NCBI GenBank assembly: GCA_041653755.1
Contig: JBAZEU010000004.1
Coordinates: 1-42,305 of the forward strand
Direction: 5' to 3'
DNA length: 42,305 bases
Origin: Minisyncoccota bacterium
GTDB lineage: Bacteria; Patescibacteriota; Minisyncoccia; UBA6257; UBA9933
Shown here one piece after another: positions 16,861 to 25,627 of the stretch. The first letter of the stretch is position 1. Every line of letters starts with the position of its first letter. Under the pieces are notes generated by a model. The model searched no databases. It was not told the origin of the DNA and worked only from the letters and a program-made list of their open reading frames with translations. A program made the translations under genes and the position numbers.

Positions 16861-18137
16861 TAGATGATGCTACATCGTTGTTGGGTGAATTGTAGTTGTC
16901 GAAGTTCTTGCTGGGCGGCATCTATGTCGTCATTTGTAAGGAAATTTTGATAGACGTCCCCGTTATTCACAATAAAGCTGTTATAGTCATTTTGCGCTTT
17001 TTGTTGATCTGCCGGAGTAGTTGCGCTTTGAGCCTCGTTAAGAATAAAACTAAGCTGGCTGACTGTGCTTTGGATAACGGCGATTTCTTGAGTCAAGGAA
17101 GCAACTTTTGCTGCGGCTTCAGTGCCATTAGAACAACGGCTCGCAACTATGGCATTCGCTGCGCTAAGCGATTGCTGCTTAATATTCAAAAGACTATTTT
17201 CGTGATTTAGAAGGCCTTGTGTGTCACTAATAAGCTGAGCTAGCAATTGTGATGAGGTACTGGAAGATTGTTCTGACCACCCGCTACCGCTAGCTGAAAT
17301 AGTGGTTCCTCCTGAAGAAGAGCTTAAACCCATTTGATCCAAACCACCTTGTATGAATCGATTGATTAAAGCATTTGCGAGAGCGGAAAAAGGCGATTCA
17401 ACATTGCTTATAAAATCAAAATTTATCGTTAGAGCTTTTGAGACCACGTCTTTAATCGATTGCCCTGGAGTGGCTATTATTTCTCGTATACAATCTCCAG
17501 CGTCGCTCGTCTCTAAACATTTTTTTGCAGAAAGATATCCTTGACCGGCGACGGCTTCGTTTTGGGCGGCGTCAGCCTTAGCTGTTCCTCTGGTTGTCAT
17601 TTCATCTTTGATTAAAGCTACGGCACCATAAAGGTTGTTTTGGGGTTCAAAAACATTACCGCCGGAATCCAATGTACATTTTATTTTTTCTGCGAAACCA
17701 TCAGTACTTGGGTTCGAGTTATCCGACAATGACATGCCTAATGTTCGTTGCAAATCATCTCTAAACTCTGGACAAATATAATCAGCCGGAATTTCTTGCC
17801 AAGCTTCGTTTTCTCCTCTTGCGTATGCTTGATTTGAATAACTTTCCCAATTTGTGACAAATTGCGGTGAGCCGTCTCCCTGAATCCAATGAATTACTTG
17901 GTCAGAGAGCAGGTTTAATATCTCGTGAACAACTGCATCACGAAATCCTTGAGTGGCGAAATCCTTTGCCCACTGTAGGACATTAGACACTGTTTGTGCG
18001 ATATTGGTGTGTATAAGCGCAGGGTCAATAACAACATATTGTGCATGTGCTTTTTGAGGTACCAATGTTATTGCAGAGGAAATGATTAATACGACGACGA
18101 TAAAAGTAGAAAAAGATTTTTTAAAATATTCGTTCAT
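16860..18137 (-). CDS. Secreted hypothetical protein, possible VirB5/TrbJ-like
   Basis: Signal peptide (...LVPQKAHA|QYVVIDPALIHTNIAQTV). The mature N-terminus resembles the TrbJ/VirB5 start. Ser-rich linker and helical C-terminus. TAATG overlap with the VirB6-like gene. Confidence 0.35.
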   Translation of the reverse strand: MNEYFKKSFSTFIVVVLIISSAITLVPQKAHAQYVVIDPALIHTNIAQTVSNVLQWAKDFATQGFRDAVVHEILNLLSDQVIHWIQGDGSPQFVTNWESYSNQAYARGENEAWQEIPADYICPEFRDDLQRTLGMSLSDNSNPSTDGFAEKIKCTLDSGGNVFEPQNNLYGAVALIKDEMTTRGTAKADAAQNEAVAGQGYLSAKKCLETSDAGDCIREIIATPGQSIKDVVSKALTINFDFISNVESPFSALANALINRFIQGGLDQMGLSSSSGGTTISASGSGWSEQSSSTSSQLLAQLISDTQGLLNHENSLLNIKQQSLSAANAIVASRCSNGTEAAAKVASLTQEIAVIQSTVSQLSFILNEAQSATTPADQQKAQNDYNSFIVNNGDVYQNFLTNDDIDAAQQELRQLQFTQQRCSII

Positions 18138-18176
18138 ATTTTTTTATAGCGAAATTTTATTTCGATATAACCTTGG

Positions 18177-19016
18177 TTATAGACCGACACTTTTAGCTTT
18201 TAAGTTTATAATAGTTTGGATATCTAAACCGGTTTTTAACAATTGGTTGATAGCATTGAAAGCTAAATAGGCCTTCAATGGATCCGATTGTATGTTTCCT
18301 ATCGCTCCATAAATAATCTTAGCATTTTGATAATAAGTAAGTAAGTCCTTATGAGAAGATAGCCATGCATAAGGGGCGGGGGTGGTTAAAAGTTTGTCAT
18401 AAGAACAAGCATAGGCGTCAGAAAAGTTTTTTGCCAAAGTTCCGTCTTTTCTTTCGAAAGCGTTTGATAATGCTTGGGTAGCGCTATCGTTGACTTGAGC
18501 AAAACAATTGATGGCGATATCTCGAAGGTTTTGGAGATATTCTTTTTTAATGCTTGGTGCGTTGGAATAATTGATTTTCAATATTTTTTCGTCAATTGCT
18601 TGATTAAGCGGGAGGTAATCTTTGGTGTTTATATCTTTCAAGGCGGCATCAGAAATTTGCTGTTGATCAGAAGACAAATTCTGGCCTGTTTTGTAATTTA
18701 ATAAATCGCCGCTCGCTCCTAGAATCTTTGAAGCCATATCTTTTGTAAGAGCTTGAGTAAGATTTTGGTCTGAAAGATCGGTTGATGAAGTCGAAGCAGG
18801 GTTTTTGGTAAAAAAATTCTTAATGGATTCTATGCTTAGGTTTGACAAAGGGTTATTTGGGTTGTTCCAAAAAGAATTTGGATTTTGAGCGGAAGTTATT
18901 GGTTTTATATCGCTTCTAAACACAAACCAGCAGCCTATAAGTAAAATTGCCGCTATGATGAAAAAAACACTAAGTTTTAGCGGGTTCATTGACTTTATTA
19001 TACAGAAAATGCGCAA
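18177..19016 (-). CDS. Membrane-anchored hypothetical protein (first gene of T4SS-like locus)
   Basis: ORF abuts the rsmA stop (19017). An alternative start at 18989 gives MNPLKLSVFFIIAAILLIGCWFV (TM anchor). No family recognised. Confidence 0.55.
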   Translation of the reverse strand: MRIFCIIKSMNPLKLSVFFIIAAILLIGCWFVFRSDIKPITSAQNPNSFWNNPNNPLSNLSIESIKNFFTKNPASTSSTDLSDQNLTQALTKDMASKILGASGDLLNYKTGQNLSSDQQQISDAALKDINTKDYLPLNQAIDEKILKINYSNAPSIKKEYLQNLRDIAINCFAQVNDSATQALSNAFERKDGTLAKNFSDAYACSYDKLLTTPAPYAWLSSHKDLLTYYQNAKIIYGAIGNIQSDPLKAYLAFNAINQLLKTGLDIQTIINLKAKSVGL

Positions 19017-19832
19017 TTAAAACAAAGTGGATAACGCTGTCAATTGATTAATTGACAGGTTTTGGGGCCGAGAACCTGGATCGATACCAGCTTTTTTCAA
19101 TATTTCTTCTATAGCAAGTTTACTTGATATATCGAAACGAAGTTTTGATATTTCTGGTTTATTCTTTTCGGTGCCCGCGGAAAGATTGTTTAAAATCGTT
19201 TTCCTTGGTTGCTTAAAAATAATCTTTATTAGTTTGTAGTACTCAGTTTGTAGTTCGTAGTCTATAAAAGAACAAGGAGTTAATTTGATGATTGCGGAAT
19301 TGACTTTTGGCTGGGGCTGGAAAGCGGCTTTCGGGATATAGTCAATAATTTCCGGTTTGGCCCAGAATTGGATAGAGGCGGCCAGAAGATTCATTCCGTC
19401 CTTTCCCATAATCCTTTCCGCGACTTCTTTTTGGATGGTGAAAACGATTATCTCTGGCTTTGGCTCCAAATCGGCAATAATTCTAAAAAGATAGCCGGTT
19501 ATATAATAAGGTATGTTACCGACCAACTTGTATCCTGGATCATGAATCTTAAATCTTGAAACGATTTGCGGTAGAACCTTTAAGGCGTCTCCTTGGATAA
19601 CCTCAATTTTATCGTCTGATTTATGATCCAAGATCCATGATGCAAGACGCGGGTCTTTTTCAATCGTGATAATTCTGCATTCGGAATTTTTAGCCCTTAA
19701 CTCTCTGGTTAGTTCTCCGTGCCCTGGGCCAATTTCAACAATAAAATCGCCTTTTTCAATTTTTAGGGCTTCAACGATCTTTTCTAAAGAATCCTTATCT
19801 TTTAAGAAATGTTGACCAAGTCTTTGCGGCAT
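19017..19832 (-). CDS. rsmA: 16S rRNA (adenine1518/1519-N6)-dimethyltransferase RsmA/KsgA
   Basis: MPQRLGQHFLKD..., SAM motif VEIGPGHGELT, GNIPYYIT. Confidence 0.9.
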   Translation of the reverse strand: MPQRLGQHFLKDKDSLEKIVEALKIEKGDFIVEIGPGHGELTRELRAKNSECRIITIEKDPRLASWILDHKSDDKIEVIQGDALKVLPQIVSRFKIHDPGYKLVGNIPYYITGYLFRIIADLEPKPEIIVFTIQKEVAERIMGKDGMNLLAASIQFWAKPEIIDYIPKAAFQPQPKVNSAIIKLTPCSFIDYELQTEYYKLIKIIFKQPRKTILNNLSAGTEKNKPEISKLRFDISSKLAIEEILKKAGIDPGSRPQNLSINQLTALSTLF

Positions 19833-19842
19833 AGGCTGAAAT

Positions 19843-20937
19843 ATGATACGATATAGACCTATTATTACTTATTTGAAAAGCTTATTAAAGCCCTTGGGGC
19901 ATCTCTCAAAAACCAACAAAATCCTCATTGGGGCAGTTTTTGCTATTTTGGCAGCTAATTTTACATTAATAAAACAGCCAGTTTTGCTCTCAACCGTACT
20001 TTCAAAGCAAGAAATTCAGCCCGGTGGTCCGATAACCACAGCTAATTTAGTGGCAGTTTTTGACACAAAGGCTACCGAGAATAAAGATTTTGGAGTTTCT
20101 AATACCGGTCTTAACGGTTTTAGCGTAGCCGAAAGCGACGAAGAATTAGCGGGGTTTGCCTTAGTGGAGGACTCCGCTTTTTTGAGCTCGAGCGGTCCCC
20201 TTAAGAACATCTTAACTAAAAAAGAAAACTTGATGATTTATAAGGTTCAATCAGGCGACACTATTTCAAAAGTTGCTGAAAATTTTGGGATTTCAGTCAA
20301 CACGCTTATTTGGGCTAACAGTTCTTTATCTAATCGTTCGCTCACCCCAGGCCAGGAAATTATTCTTCTGCCGGTTTCAGGGGTTATTTACAAAGTCGTC
20401 AGCGGCGATACATTGGAATCAATCGCCAAGCTTTATAAGGTTGATGTTGAAAAAATTAAACAATATAACGATGTTTCTTCCGGTTTAGCGGCTGGCACCA
20501 CCTTAGTGATACCAGGCGCTAAGCCATCGACGAAGACAATAGCCGATACGTCAGCTTATTCTGGCCTGCCAAAAGTTTCCGGATATTTTACTATGCCTAC
20601 TACTGGTTGGAATTGGGGCCGTTTGCACGCGACAAATGCTGTTGATATCGCTAATAGTTGCGGTACGCCAATCTTTGCCGCAGCCGAAGGATTGGTGATG
20701 GAGGTTGATAGCAACGGTTATAATGGCGGTTATGGAAATTATTTGAAGATAGAACATTCTAACGGCACAAAAACTTTATATGCTCATGCCAGTAAAATTT
20801 TTGTCACTCAAGGACAAATGGTTCAAAAGGGAGAATTAATCGCTAATATAGGTAATACCGGAAACACGCATGGTTATACCGGCTGTCATCTTCATTTTGA
20901 AGTTTACGGCGCTCAAAATCCCTTTGCTAAATATTAG
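19843..20937 (+). CDS. LysM-repeat M23 family peptidoglycan endopeptidase
   Basis: TM anchor. Two LysM repeats (YKVQSGDTISKVAENFGISVNTLIWAN; YKVVSGDTLESIAKLYKVDVEKIKQYN). M23 motifs GNYLKIEHSNG...YAHAS and GCHLHFEV. Confidence 0.9.
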   Translation: MIRYRPIITYLKSLLKPLGHLSKTNKILIGAVFAILAANFTLIKQPVLLSTVLSKQEIQPGGPITTANLVAVFDTKATENKDFGVSNTGLNGFSVAESDEELAGFALVEDSAFLSSSGPLKNILTKKENLMIYKVQSGDTISKVAENFGISVNTLIWANSSLSNRSLTPGQEIILLPVSGVIYKVVSGDTLESIAKLYKVDVEKIKQYNDVSSGLAAGTTLVIPGAKPSTKTIADTSAYSGLPKVSGYFTMPTTGWNWGRLHATNAVDIANSCGTPIFAAAEGLVMEVDSNGYNGGYGNYLKIEHSNGTKTLYAHASKIFVTQGQMVQKGELIANIGNTGNTHGYTGCHLHFEVYGAQNPFAKY

Positions 20938-20968
20938 AAATAATACGAATCTACGAACAATATAAATA

Positions 20969-21001
20969 TAAAAGGGACGAATTTTGGTTCGTCCCTTTTT
21001 T
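20969..21001. terminator. Bidirectional intrinsic terminator
   Basis: AAAA-GGGACGAA-TTTTGG-TTCGTCCC-TTTTTT between convergent genes. Confidence 0.75.
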
Positions 21002-21011
21002 GTATGGCTTG

Positions 21012-21383
21012 TTAGCTGAATTTCAGTATTTTATGATCTGGGCTTAACCTTGTGTCTACTGTTGAAACCTCTAGGGTGGTTGCTTCGTCTAGTCCTTTTT
21101 TTGTATCCCAGTTGCAAGTGATTCCCCTGCGTCCGAAGTCGATAAGATAGAATGTCCATGCTTCCATGGGTTCCGTCAACGGTTTCAGCCCAGGAACAGC
21201 CAGAAAAAGAACCTTCAAACCGCCTCCATAGCCGACAACCATTACGGAATATTCTCCGTCGGGGATAGTGCTCTTCGGTTTTCCTCCGTGAGTGGTTTTA
21301 GCGAGCCAGTAACCGAAGAGTAACGTAAACAGAATAAATAAAGTCCAGTTTATTAACTCTACGTTCATAGTCCTCCTTTCCAT
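21012..21383 (-). CDS. Small membrane-anchored hypothetical protein
   Basis: One TM (INWTLFILFTLLFGYWL). AGGAGG at 21372-21377 lies 3 nt upstream of an internal ATG at 21368 (MNVELINW...), so the start is either 21383 or 21368. Confidence 0.5.
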   Translation of the reverse strand: MERRTMNVELINWTLFILFTLLFGYWLAKTTHGGKPKSTIPDGEYSVMVVGYGGGLKVLFLAVPGLKPLTEPMEAWTFYLIDFGRRGITCNWDTKKGLDEATTLEVSTVDTRLSPDHKILKFS

Positions 21384-21420
21384 AGATTAAAGGCGAGCGG
21401 AATGCTCGTTTGCTATTCTT

Positions 21421-21449
21421 AATATAGCATATTTATATCTATCGGTCAA
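21421..21449 (-). promoter_or_regulatory. Candidate promoter (TTGACC-17 nt-TATATT, minus strand) for the 21012-21383 gene
   Basis: Reverse complement reads TTGACC GATAGATATAAATATGC TATATT, immediately after the comM stop. Confidence 0.4.
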
Positions 21450-21466
21450 GAAAGACCATAGACCAA

Positions 21467-23014
21467 CTAGAAACTAATTTCTTCTCTTACTCTATACCCG
21501 AACGCTTCTGCAATATGTTCGGGTTTTATTTTTTTCGATTCGTCTAAGTCCGCGATGGTTTGGGAGATTTTTAAAATTCTGTAATAGCCGCGGCCGGAAA
21601 CAATATTTTTTTCTAAAATCTTTTTCATAAAACTTTCTGCTTCGGTTGTAAGTTCTACCAGCTCATCAACTTGCTTGGAAGACATTTCGGCGTTGGTGTA
21701 AATTTTCGGTTTGATTTTTGAAAATCGTTCGGCTTGAATTTGTCTGACTTTCAAAACTTTATTTCTGATTTCTTCGGATAATTTACTATTGGAAGATTTT
21801 TTGATGATGTCTTCTACTTTTATCCGCGGCACTTCAATTTGAATGTCGACTCTATCTAAAAGCGGCCCTGAAATTTTCTTGCGATAGCGAAGAACTTCTG
21901 CCGCTCCGCATTTGCAATCAATTTCTGGGTCGTTGAAATATCCGCAAGGGCAGGGGTTCATCGCCGCCACTAAACAAAATTTTGCCGGAAAAGTTAAAGT
22001 ACTTTTTGCTCGTGAAACAATAATTTTTCCGTTTTCCAATGGTTGGCGCAGAGCTTCTAAAACATCCCGCCTGAATTCCGGCAATTCGTCCAAGAACAAA
22101 ATACCGCGATGGCTCAAGCTGATTTCTCCGGGTTTCGGGCTTTGTCCCCCGCCAACTACCGATACCGGCGAAGCGGTATGGTGAGGCGATCTAAACGGCC
22201 GGAAATTAATAAATGTTTCTTCCTCAAGCACTGAAGCGGCGCTATGAATTTGAGTAGTTTCGATGGATTCTTCCAGGGATAGAGGCGGTAAGATTGAGAT
22301 CAACGCTTGGGCTAGCATTGTTTTTCCTGTCCCGGGCGGACCCATCATTAGAAGATGATGATTCCCGCTGGCCGCCACCATTAAAGCCCTCTTAGCATTT
22401 TCCTGCCCTTTTATTTCTGAAATATCAACGACATATTTATTTTCGCCATGTATAAATTCTGTTTCCGGGCAAGCAGGAATTATTTCTCTTTCTTCCAAAT
22501 GATTTATTAATTGTTCGAGAGAAGAAACCGGAATGATTTTTATTCCTTTGATAATTGCCGCTTCAACCGCATTTTGTTTCGGCAGAAATAAAAAGTTAAA
22601 GCCAAGTTTTTTGGCAAGCTGGGCAATACTCAAAGAACCATTGACCGATCTTAATGTTCCATCAAGAGAAAGTTCTCCGACAAAAATTTTGTCTTTAGTG
22701 TTAAAATCTTTTAACTGTTTGGTGGCGAGAAGATATCCGACAGCGATTGCTAAATCATACTGAGAACCAGTTTTTTTGATGTCAGCTGGCGCCAAATTCA
22801 CGGTAATTTTTCGGTTTTCTTTGTTCGGTGGTTTACAGCCGGAATTTTTTAAAGCGGAATTAACTCTTTCTTTTGCTTCCGACAGCGCTTTATCCGCCAG
22901 CCCGACAATACTAAAAGAATGGAGGCCGACATTTATATCGGTCTCCACTTCAATTAATTTTGCTTTGATTCCTTCGAGTTCAGCTGAAAACAGCTTAGCG
23001 AGATTCTTCGGCAT
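21467..23014 (-). CDS. comM: ComM/YifB Mg-chelatase-like AAA+ ATPase
   Basis: 515 aa. Lon-like N-domain, Walker A MMGPPGTGKTM, Walker B ILFLDELPEF, Cys cluster NPCPCGY...CKC, typical of YifB/ComM. Confidence 0.9.
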   Translation of the reverse strand: MPKNLAKLFSAELEGIKAKLIEVETDINVGLHSFSIVGLADKALSEAKERVNSALKNSGCKPPNKENRKITVNLAPADIKKTGSQYDLAIAVGYLLATKQLKDFNTKDKIFVGELSLDGTLRSVNGSLSIAQLAKKLGFNFLFLPKQNAVEAAIIKGIKIIPVSSLEQLINHLEEREIIPACPETEFIHGENKYVVDISEIKGQENAKRALMVAASGNHHLLMMGPPGTGKTMLAQALISILPPLSLEESIETTQIHSAASVLEEETFINFRPFRSPHHTASPVSVVGGGQSPKPGEISLSHRGILFLDELPEFRRDVLEALRQPLENGKIIVSRAKSTLTFPAKFCLVAAMNPCPCGYFNDPEIDCKCGAAEVLRYRKKISGPLLDRVDIQIEVPRIKVEDIIKKSSNSKLSEEIRNKVLKVRQIQAERFSKIKPKIYTNAEMSSKQVDELVELTTEAESFMKKILEKNIVSGRGYYRILKISQTIADLDESKKIKPEHIAEAFGYRVREEISF

Positions 23015-23028
23015 CCCTTGAATTAGTA

Positions 23029-23367
23029 TTAATGTATCTTTTGCTTACATTCTTTGCAGAGTCTCGATTCCGGCACAATCTTCAAGATTTCCGGAGAGAT
23101 TTCTTTTTTGCAGTTTTCACAAATTCCGTAAGTGCCTTTTCCTATTTTTGATAAAGCGATTTCAATATCGGCTAAGCGTCCTTTAAGAACTTGGGCTTGG
23201 GCCAATTGATTTGAAAATTCTTCCGATTCGTCTGTTTCAATATCAGGGTCTAGTTCGCTTCCAAAATCAGGTATCGCTTTTAATTCTTTCAGCTTTTTTA
23301 AAATGATTTTTCTTTCTTTAGATAATCTTCTTTTTAATTTTATCGCGCTCCAACGAATTATAATCAT
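23029..23367 (-). CDS. TraR/DksA-family C4 zinc-finger protein
   Basis: C-terminal CENCKKEISPEILKIVPESRLCKECKQ (CxxC-17-CxxC) after a coiled-coil segment. Confidence 0.75.
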   Translation of the reverse strand: MIIIRWSAIKLKRRLSKERKIILKKLKELKAIPDFGSELDPDIETDESEEFSNQLAQAQVLKGRLADIEIALSKIGKGTYGICENCKKEISPEILKIVPESRLCKECKQKIH

Positions 23368-23432
23368 GATAAAAAATTTATTAATTCTTATGTTCTAAGG
23401 TTAACTAAGTTTTTTATTTGGGTCAACCGAAA

Positions 23433-23849
23433 TTAATGCTTAAAAATTAATTTAGACGATATAAAATATCCGATTAAGATAAAACCGATGATTACCGCTA
23501 GAATAATAACGACTAAAAATATTGCTTTTCTGTTGATGGGTTCTGCTGTGGTTTCTTCTTCTAATTTTTCTTGTGCCCAATCAGGAATGGTTTTTGGCTC
23601 CTCGTTGATTGGGACAGTTTCTACAATAGAAGCGGGTTCCGGTTCGGATGCGAAAGGAGCGAAAGGAACTTCCGGTTCAAGCGGTCTGGTTATTTTCGGC
23701 TCTGGATGTGATTCTTCGTAAGGAATAGTAACTCCTTGTCTAGCGGTTTGCCGGTCAGAGCCCATTGTTCTGACATTTATTGCTTCTTTCGGCGGAGGAG
23801 TTATCGGACCAACTTCGTTGTTGATATTCTCATCGTTCATACATTCCAT
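23433..23849 (-). CDS. Hypothetical tail-anchored protein with proline/glutamate-rich N-region
   Basis: 138-aa ORF with a single C-terminal TM (IFLVVIILAVIIGFILIGYFI). No family recognised. Confidence 0.45.
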   Translation of the reverse strand: MECMNDENINNEVGPITPPPKEAINVRTMGSDRQTARQGVTIPYEESHPEPKITRPLEPEVPFAPFASEPEPASIVETVPINEEPKTIPDWAQEKLEEETTAEPINRKAIFLVVIILAVIIGFILIGYFISSKLIFKH

Positions 23850-23884
23850 TTTACTAAATTAAATAGGTAGCACCAACCTCTAAA

Positions 23885-23913
23885 TTGACAGAATGATAAA
23901 AACAAGTTATTAT
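23885..23913 (+). promoter_or_regulatory. Candidate promoter (TTGACA-17 nt-TATTAT)
   Basis: Consensus -35 at 23885-23890 and -10 at 23908-23913. About 33-nt leader carrying AGGAGG (23943-23948) before GTG 23953. Confidence 0.45.
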
Positions 23914-23952
23914 TATTCACTGAACATAAACATAACCTAAAAAGGAGGGAAC

Positions 23953-24363
23953 GTGGTCAAGACAGTGTTGATAGTTGATAACAGTCGGGTTGTTCGCGAG
24001 ATAATCCGAGATTCGGTTCTTTGCTTTTTGCATCGTGATATCCCCGAATTAAGGAGTGTTGAAGCCAGCAACGGAGAAGAAGCTATTGAGAAAATTAACA
24101 CTGAAGATGGGTTAGTTGCCGTTGTTGTTGAACAGGCTATGAATGGGGTGGACGGAATGGATGTTTTAAGGCATCTCGCACAGAGTAAACCTAACGTTGG
24201 GGGTATTTTGGTGAGAGATGATTCCGAAATAGGTTCTCCTACCGAAGATCAATTTATTATAGCGGGGCTGAAAAGGAAGATTTCGATAGTTCACCGATTC
24301 GGGTTCGAAGCGATGAATAAGATTATCGACAAGGTTAGAGAATCCGTTTGGGTGAATCTATGA
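23953..24363 (+). CDS. Stand-alone CheY-like receiver domain protein with non-canonical active site
   Basis: GTG start 4 nt after AGGAGG. VLIVDNSRVVREII... and VAVVVEQAMNGVDGMDVL align to the receiver fold, with Glu where the phospho-acceptor Asp is expected. Confidence 0.6.
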   Translation: MVKTVLIVDNSRVVREIIRDSVLCFLHRDIPELRSVEASNGEEAIEKINTEDGLVAVVVEQAMNGVDGMDVLRHLAQSKPNVGGILVRDDSEIGSPTEDQFIIAGLKRKISIVHRFGFEAMNKIIDKVRESVWVNL

Positions 24364-24433
24364 GAAGCCGGAGATAGAAAATGGAACCGCCCACTCAAGA
24401 CATACCGGATGTTTGGAAAGTTAATTAATGAAG

Positions 24434-24476
24434 AAAGGCGCCTATTCATCTTGTATGGATAGTGCGCCTTTTTATT
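24434..24476. terminator. Intrinsic terminator between convergent receiver gene and yraN
   Basis: AAAGGCGCCTAT...ATAGTGCGCCTTT stem followed by TTTATTTTT. Confidence 0.65.
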
Positions 24477-24477
24477 T

Positions 24478-24885
24478 TTATATATTTTGATAATGCTTTA
24501 TAGAATGTTCTTCGTGAGAGAAAGTTATAGCGATGAGATCAATTCGCCAGCCTTTTTCATTAGAAATTTTTTCCGGGAAATGGCCAGCGTAAAGCAAAGC
24601 GGTTTTTTGAATCTTTAAAAGTTTTGATTTCGTAAGTTGGTCCTCTGGCGAGAGTTGTTCTTCGGGAGCTTGCCCGGAGGACATTCGGCTGAGCTCAGTC
24701 GAAGCCATTTGTCGGAGGGTTTTTACTTCTACGAAAACCAAAGTTTTATCTGGTGCCTTACATATAATATCTATTTCACCCCAAGGTTTCCTAAAATTTC
24801 TTTCAATAATTTTATATTTATTTTTGATAAGAAAATCACAAGCGATGTCTTCACCGAAGTTACCAAGATTTTGTCGGTAGGTCAT
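24478..24885 (-). CDS. yraN: YraN-family (UPF0102) endonuclease-like protein
   Basis: GEDIACDFLIKNKYKIIERNFRKPWGEIDIICKAPDKTLVFVEVKT is the YraN/PD-(D/E)xK signature. Confidence 0.8.
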   Translation of the reverse strand: MTYRQNLGNFGEDIACDFLIKNKYKIIERNFRKPWGEIDIICKAPDKTLVFVEVKTLRQMASTELSRMSSGQAPEEQLSPEDQLTKSKLLKIQKTALLYAGHFPEKISNEKGWRIDLIAITFSHEEHSIKHYQNI

Positions 24886-25508
24886 AAAGATTTTATCAGT
24901 TCAGGTAATTCTATAAACGAAGAAGCATAAGCATCGGCATCACCAATTTTATTTTTAGAATAAATAATAATTTTCATGCCTGCGGCTCTGGCTGCTTTAA
25001 TGTCGTTTTCTACATCACCGATATAAACCGTTTCTTCTGGTTGTATATTTAACTTTTGAGCAGCTAACAGTAACGGTTCTGGGTGAGGCTTGTGATTTTC
25101 TGTGTCTTGGTATGAAATGGCAATCTTAAAGTAATTCCTCAATTTCGCTAGTTCAGGTACTTCATAGACGTTGCTTTTCGTGCGACCCGTAACAATCGCA
25201 AGGGTATAATTTTTGCTTAAAGATTTTAATATTTCCTCGGAGCCTTCGGGCATTTTTATAAGCTCGGTGTGATATCCGATTTCACTGCTTTCTCCAAGAT
25301 CATATATTTTTTTGATTTCTTCTTCTGAGGTGGATTTAGTTAAGATCTTTATCGTTTCAACTAAGCTTAAATGAAACATTGTTTGAAATTCTTGTCGTGT
25401 CGGTGGTTTATAGCCGGATTTGTTCATTAAATTCTGAAAGAATATTAAATTTGCTTCGAATGAATCGAGCAAAACACCATCTATATCAAAGATAACAGCT
25501 TTGATCAT
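24882..25508 (-). CDS. HAD-superfamily hydrolase (phosphatase, subfamily IA-like)
   Basis: Motif I VIFDIDGVLLDS, motif III-IV region YIGDVENDIKAARAAGM. 4-nt overlap with yraN. Confidence 0.85.
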   Translation of the reverse strand: MIKAVIFDIDGVLLDSFEANLIFFQNLMNKSGYKPPTRQEFQTMFHLSLVETIKILTKSTSEEEIKKIYDLGESSEIGYHTELIKMPEGSEEILKSLSKNYTLAIVTGRTKSNVYEVPELAKLRNYFKIAISYQDTENHKPHPEPLLLAAQKLNIQPEETVYIGDVENDIKAARAAGMKIIIYSKNKIGDADAYASSFIELPELIKSL

Positions 25509-25525
25509 TTTAATTTTATCTTATC

Positions 25526-25551
25526 AAAAAATCGCCTTTGCAGCGATTTTT
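25526..25551 (-). terminator. Hairpin terminator downstream of tRNA-Val
   Basis: AAAAATCGC-CTTTGCA-GCGATTTTT palindrome immediately 3' of the tRNA on the minus strand. Confidence 0.55.
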
Positions 25552-25555
25552 AATG

Positions 25556-25627
25556 TGGGCGCTGAAGGGATCGAACCCTCGGCCTACTCGGTGTAAACGA
25601 GTCGCTCTACCACTGAGCTAAGCGCCC
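25556..25627 (-). tRNA. tRNA-Val (anticodon UAC)
   Basis: Reverse complement GGGCGCTTAGCTCAGTGGTAGAGCGACTCGTTTACACCGAGTAGGCCGAGGGTTCGATCCCTTCAGCGCCCA folds as a cloverleaf. Anticodon stem ACTCG/CGAGT, loop TT-TAC-AC. No encoded CCA. Confidence 0.9.
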
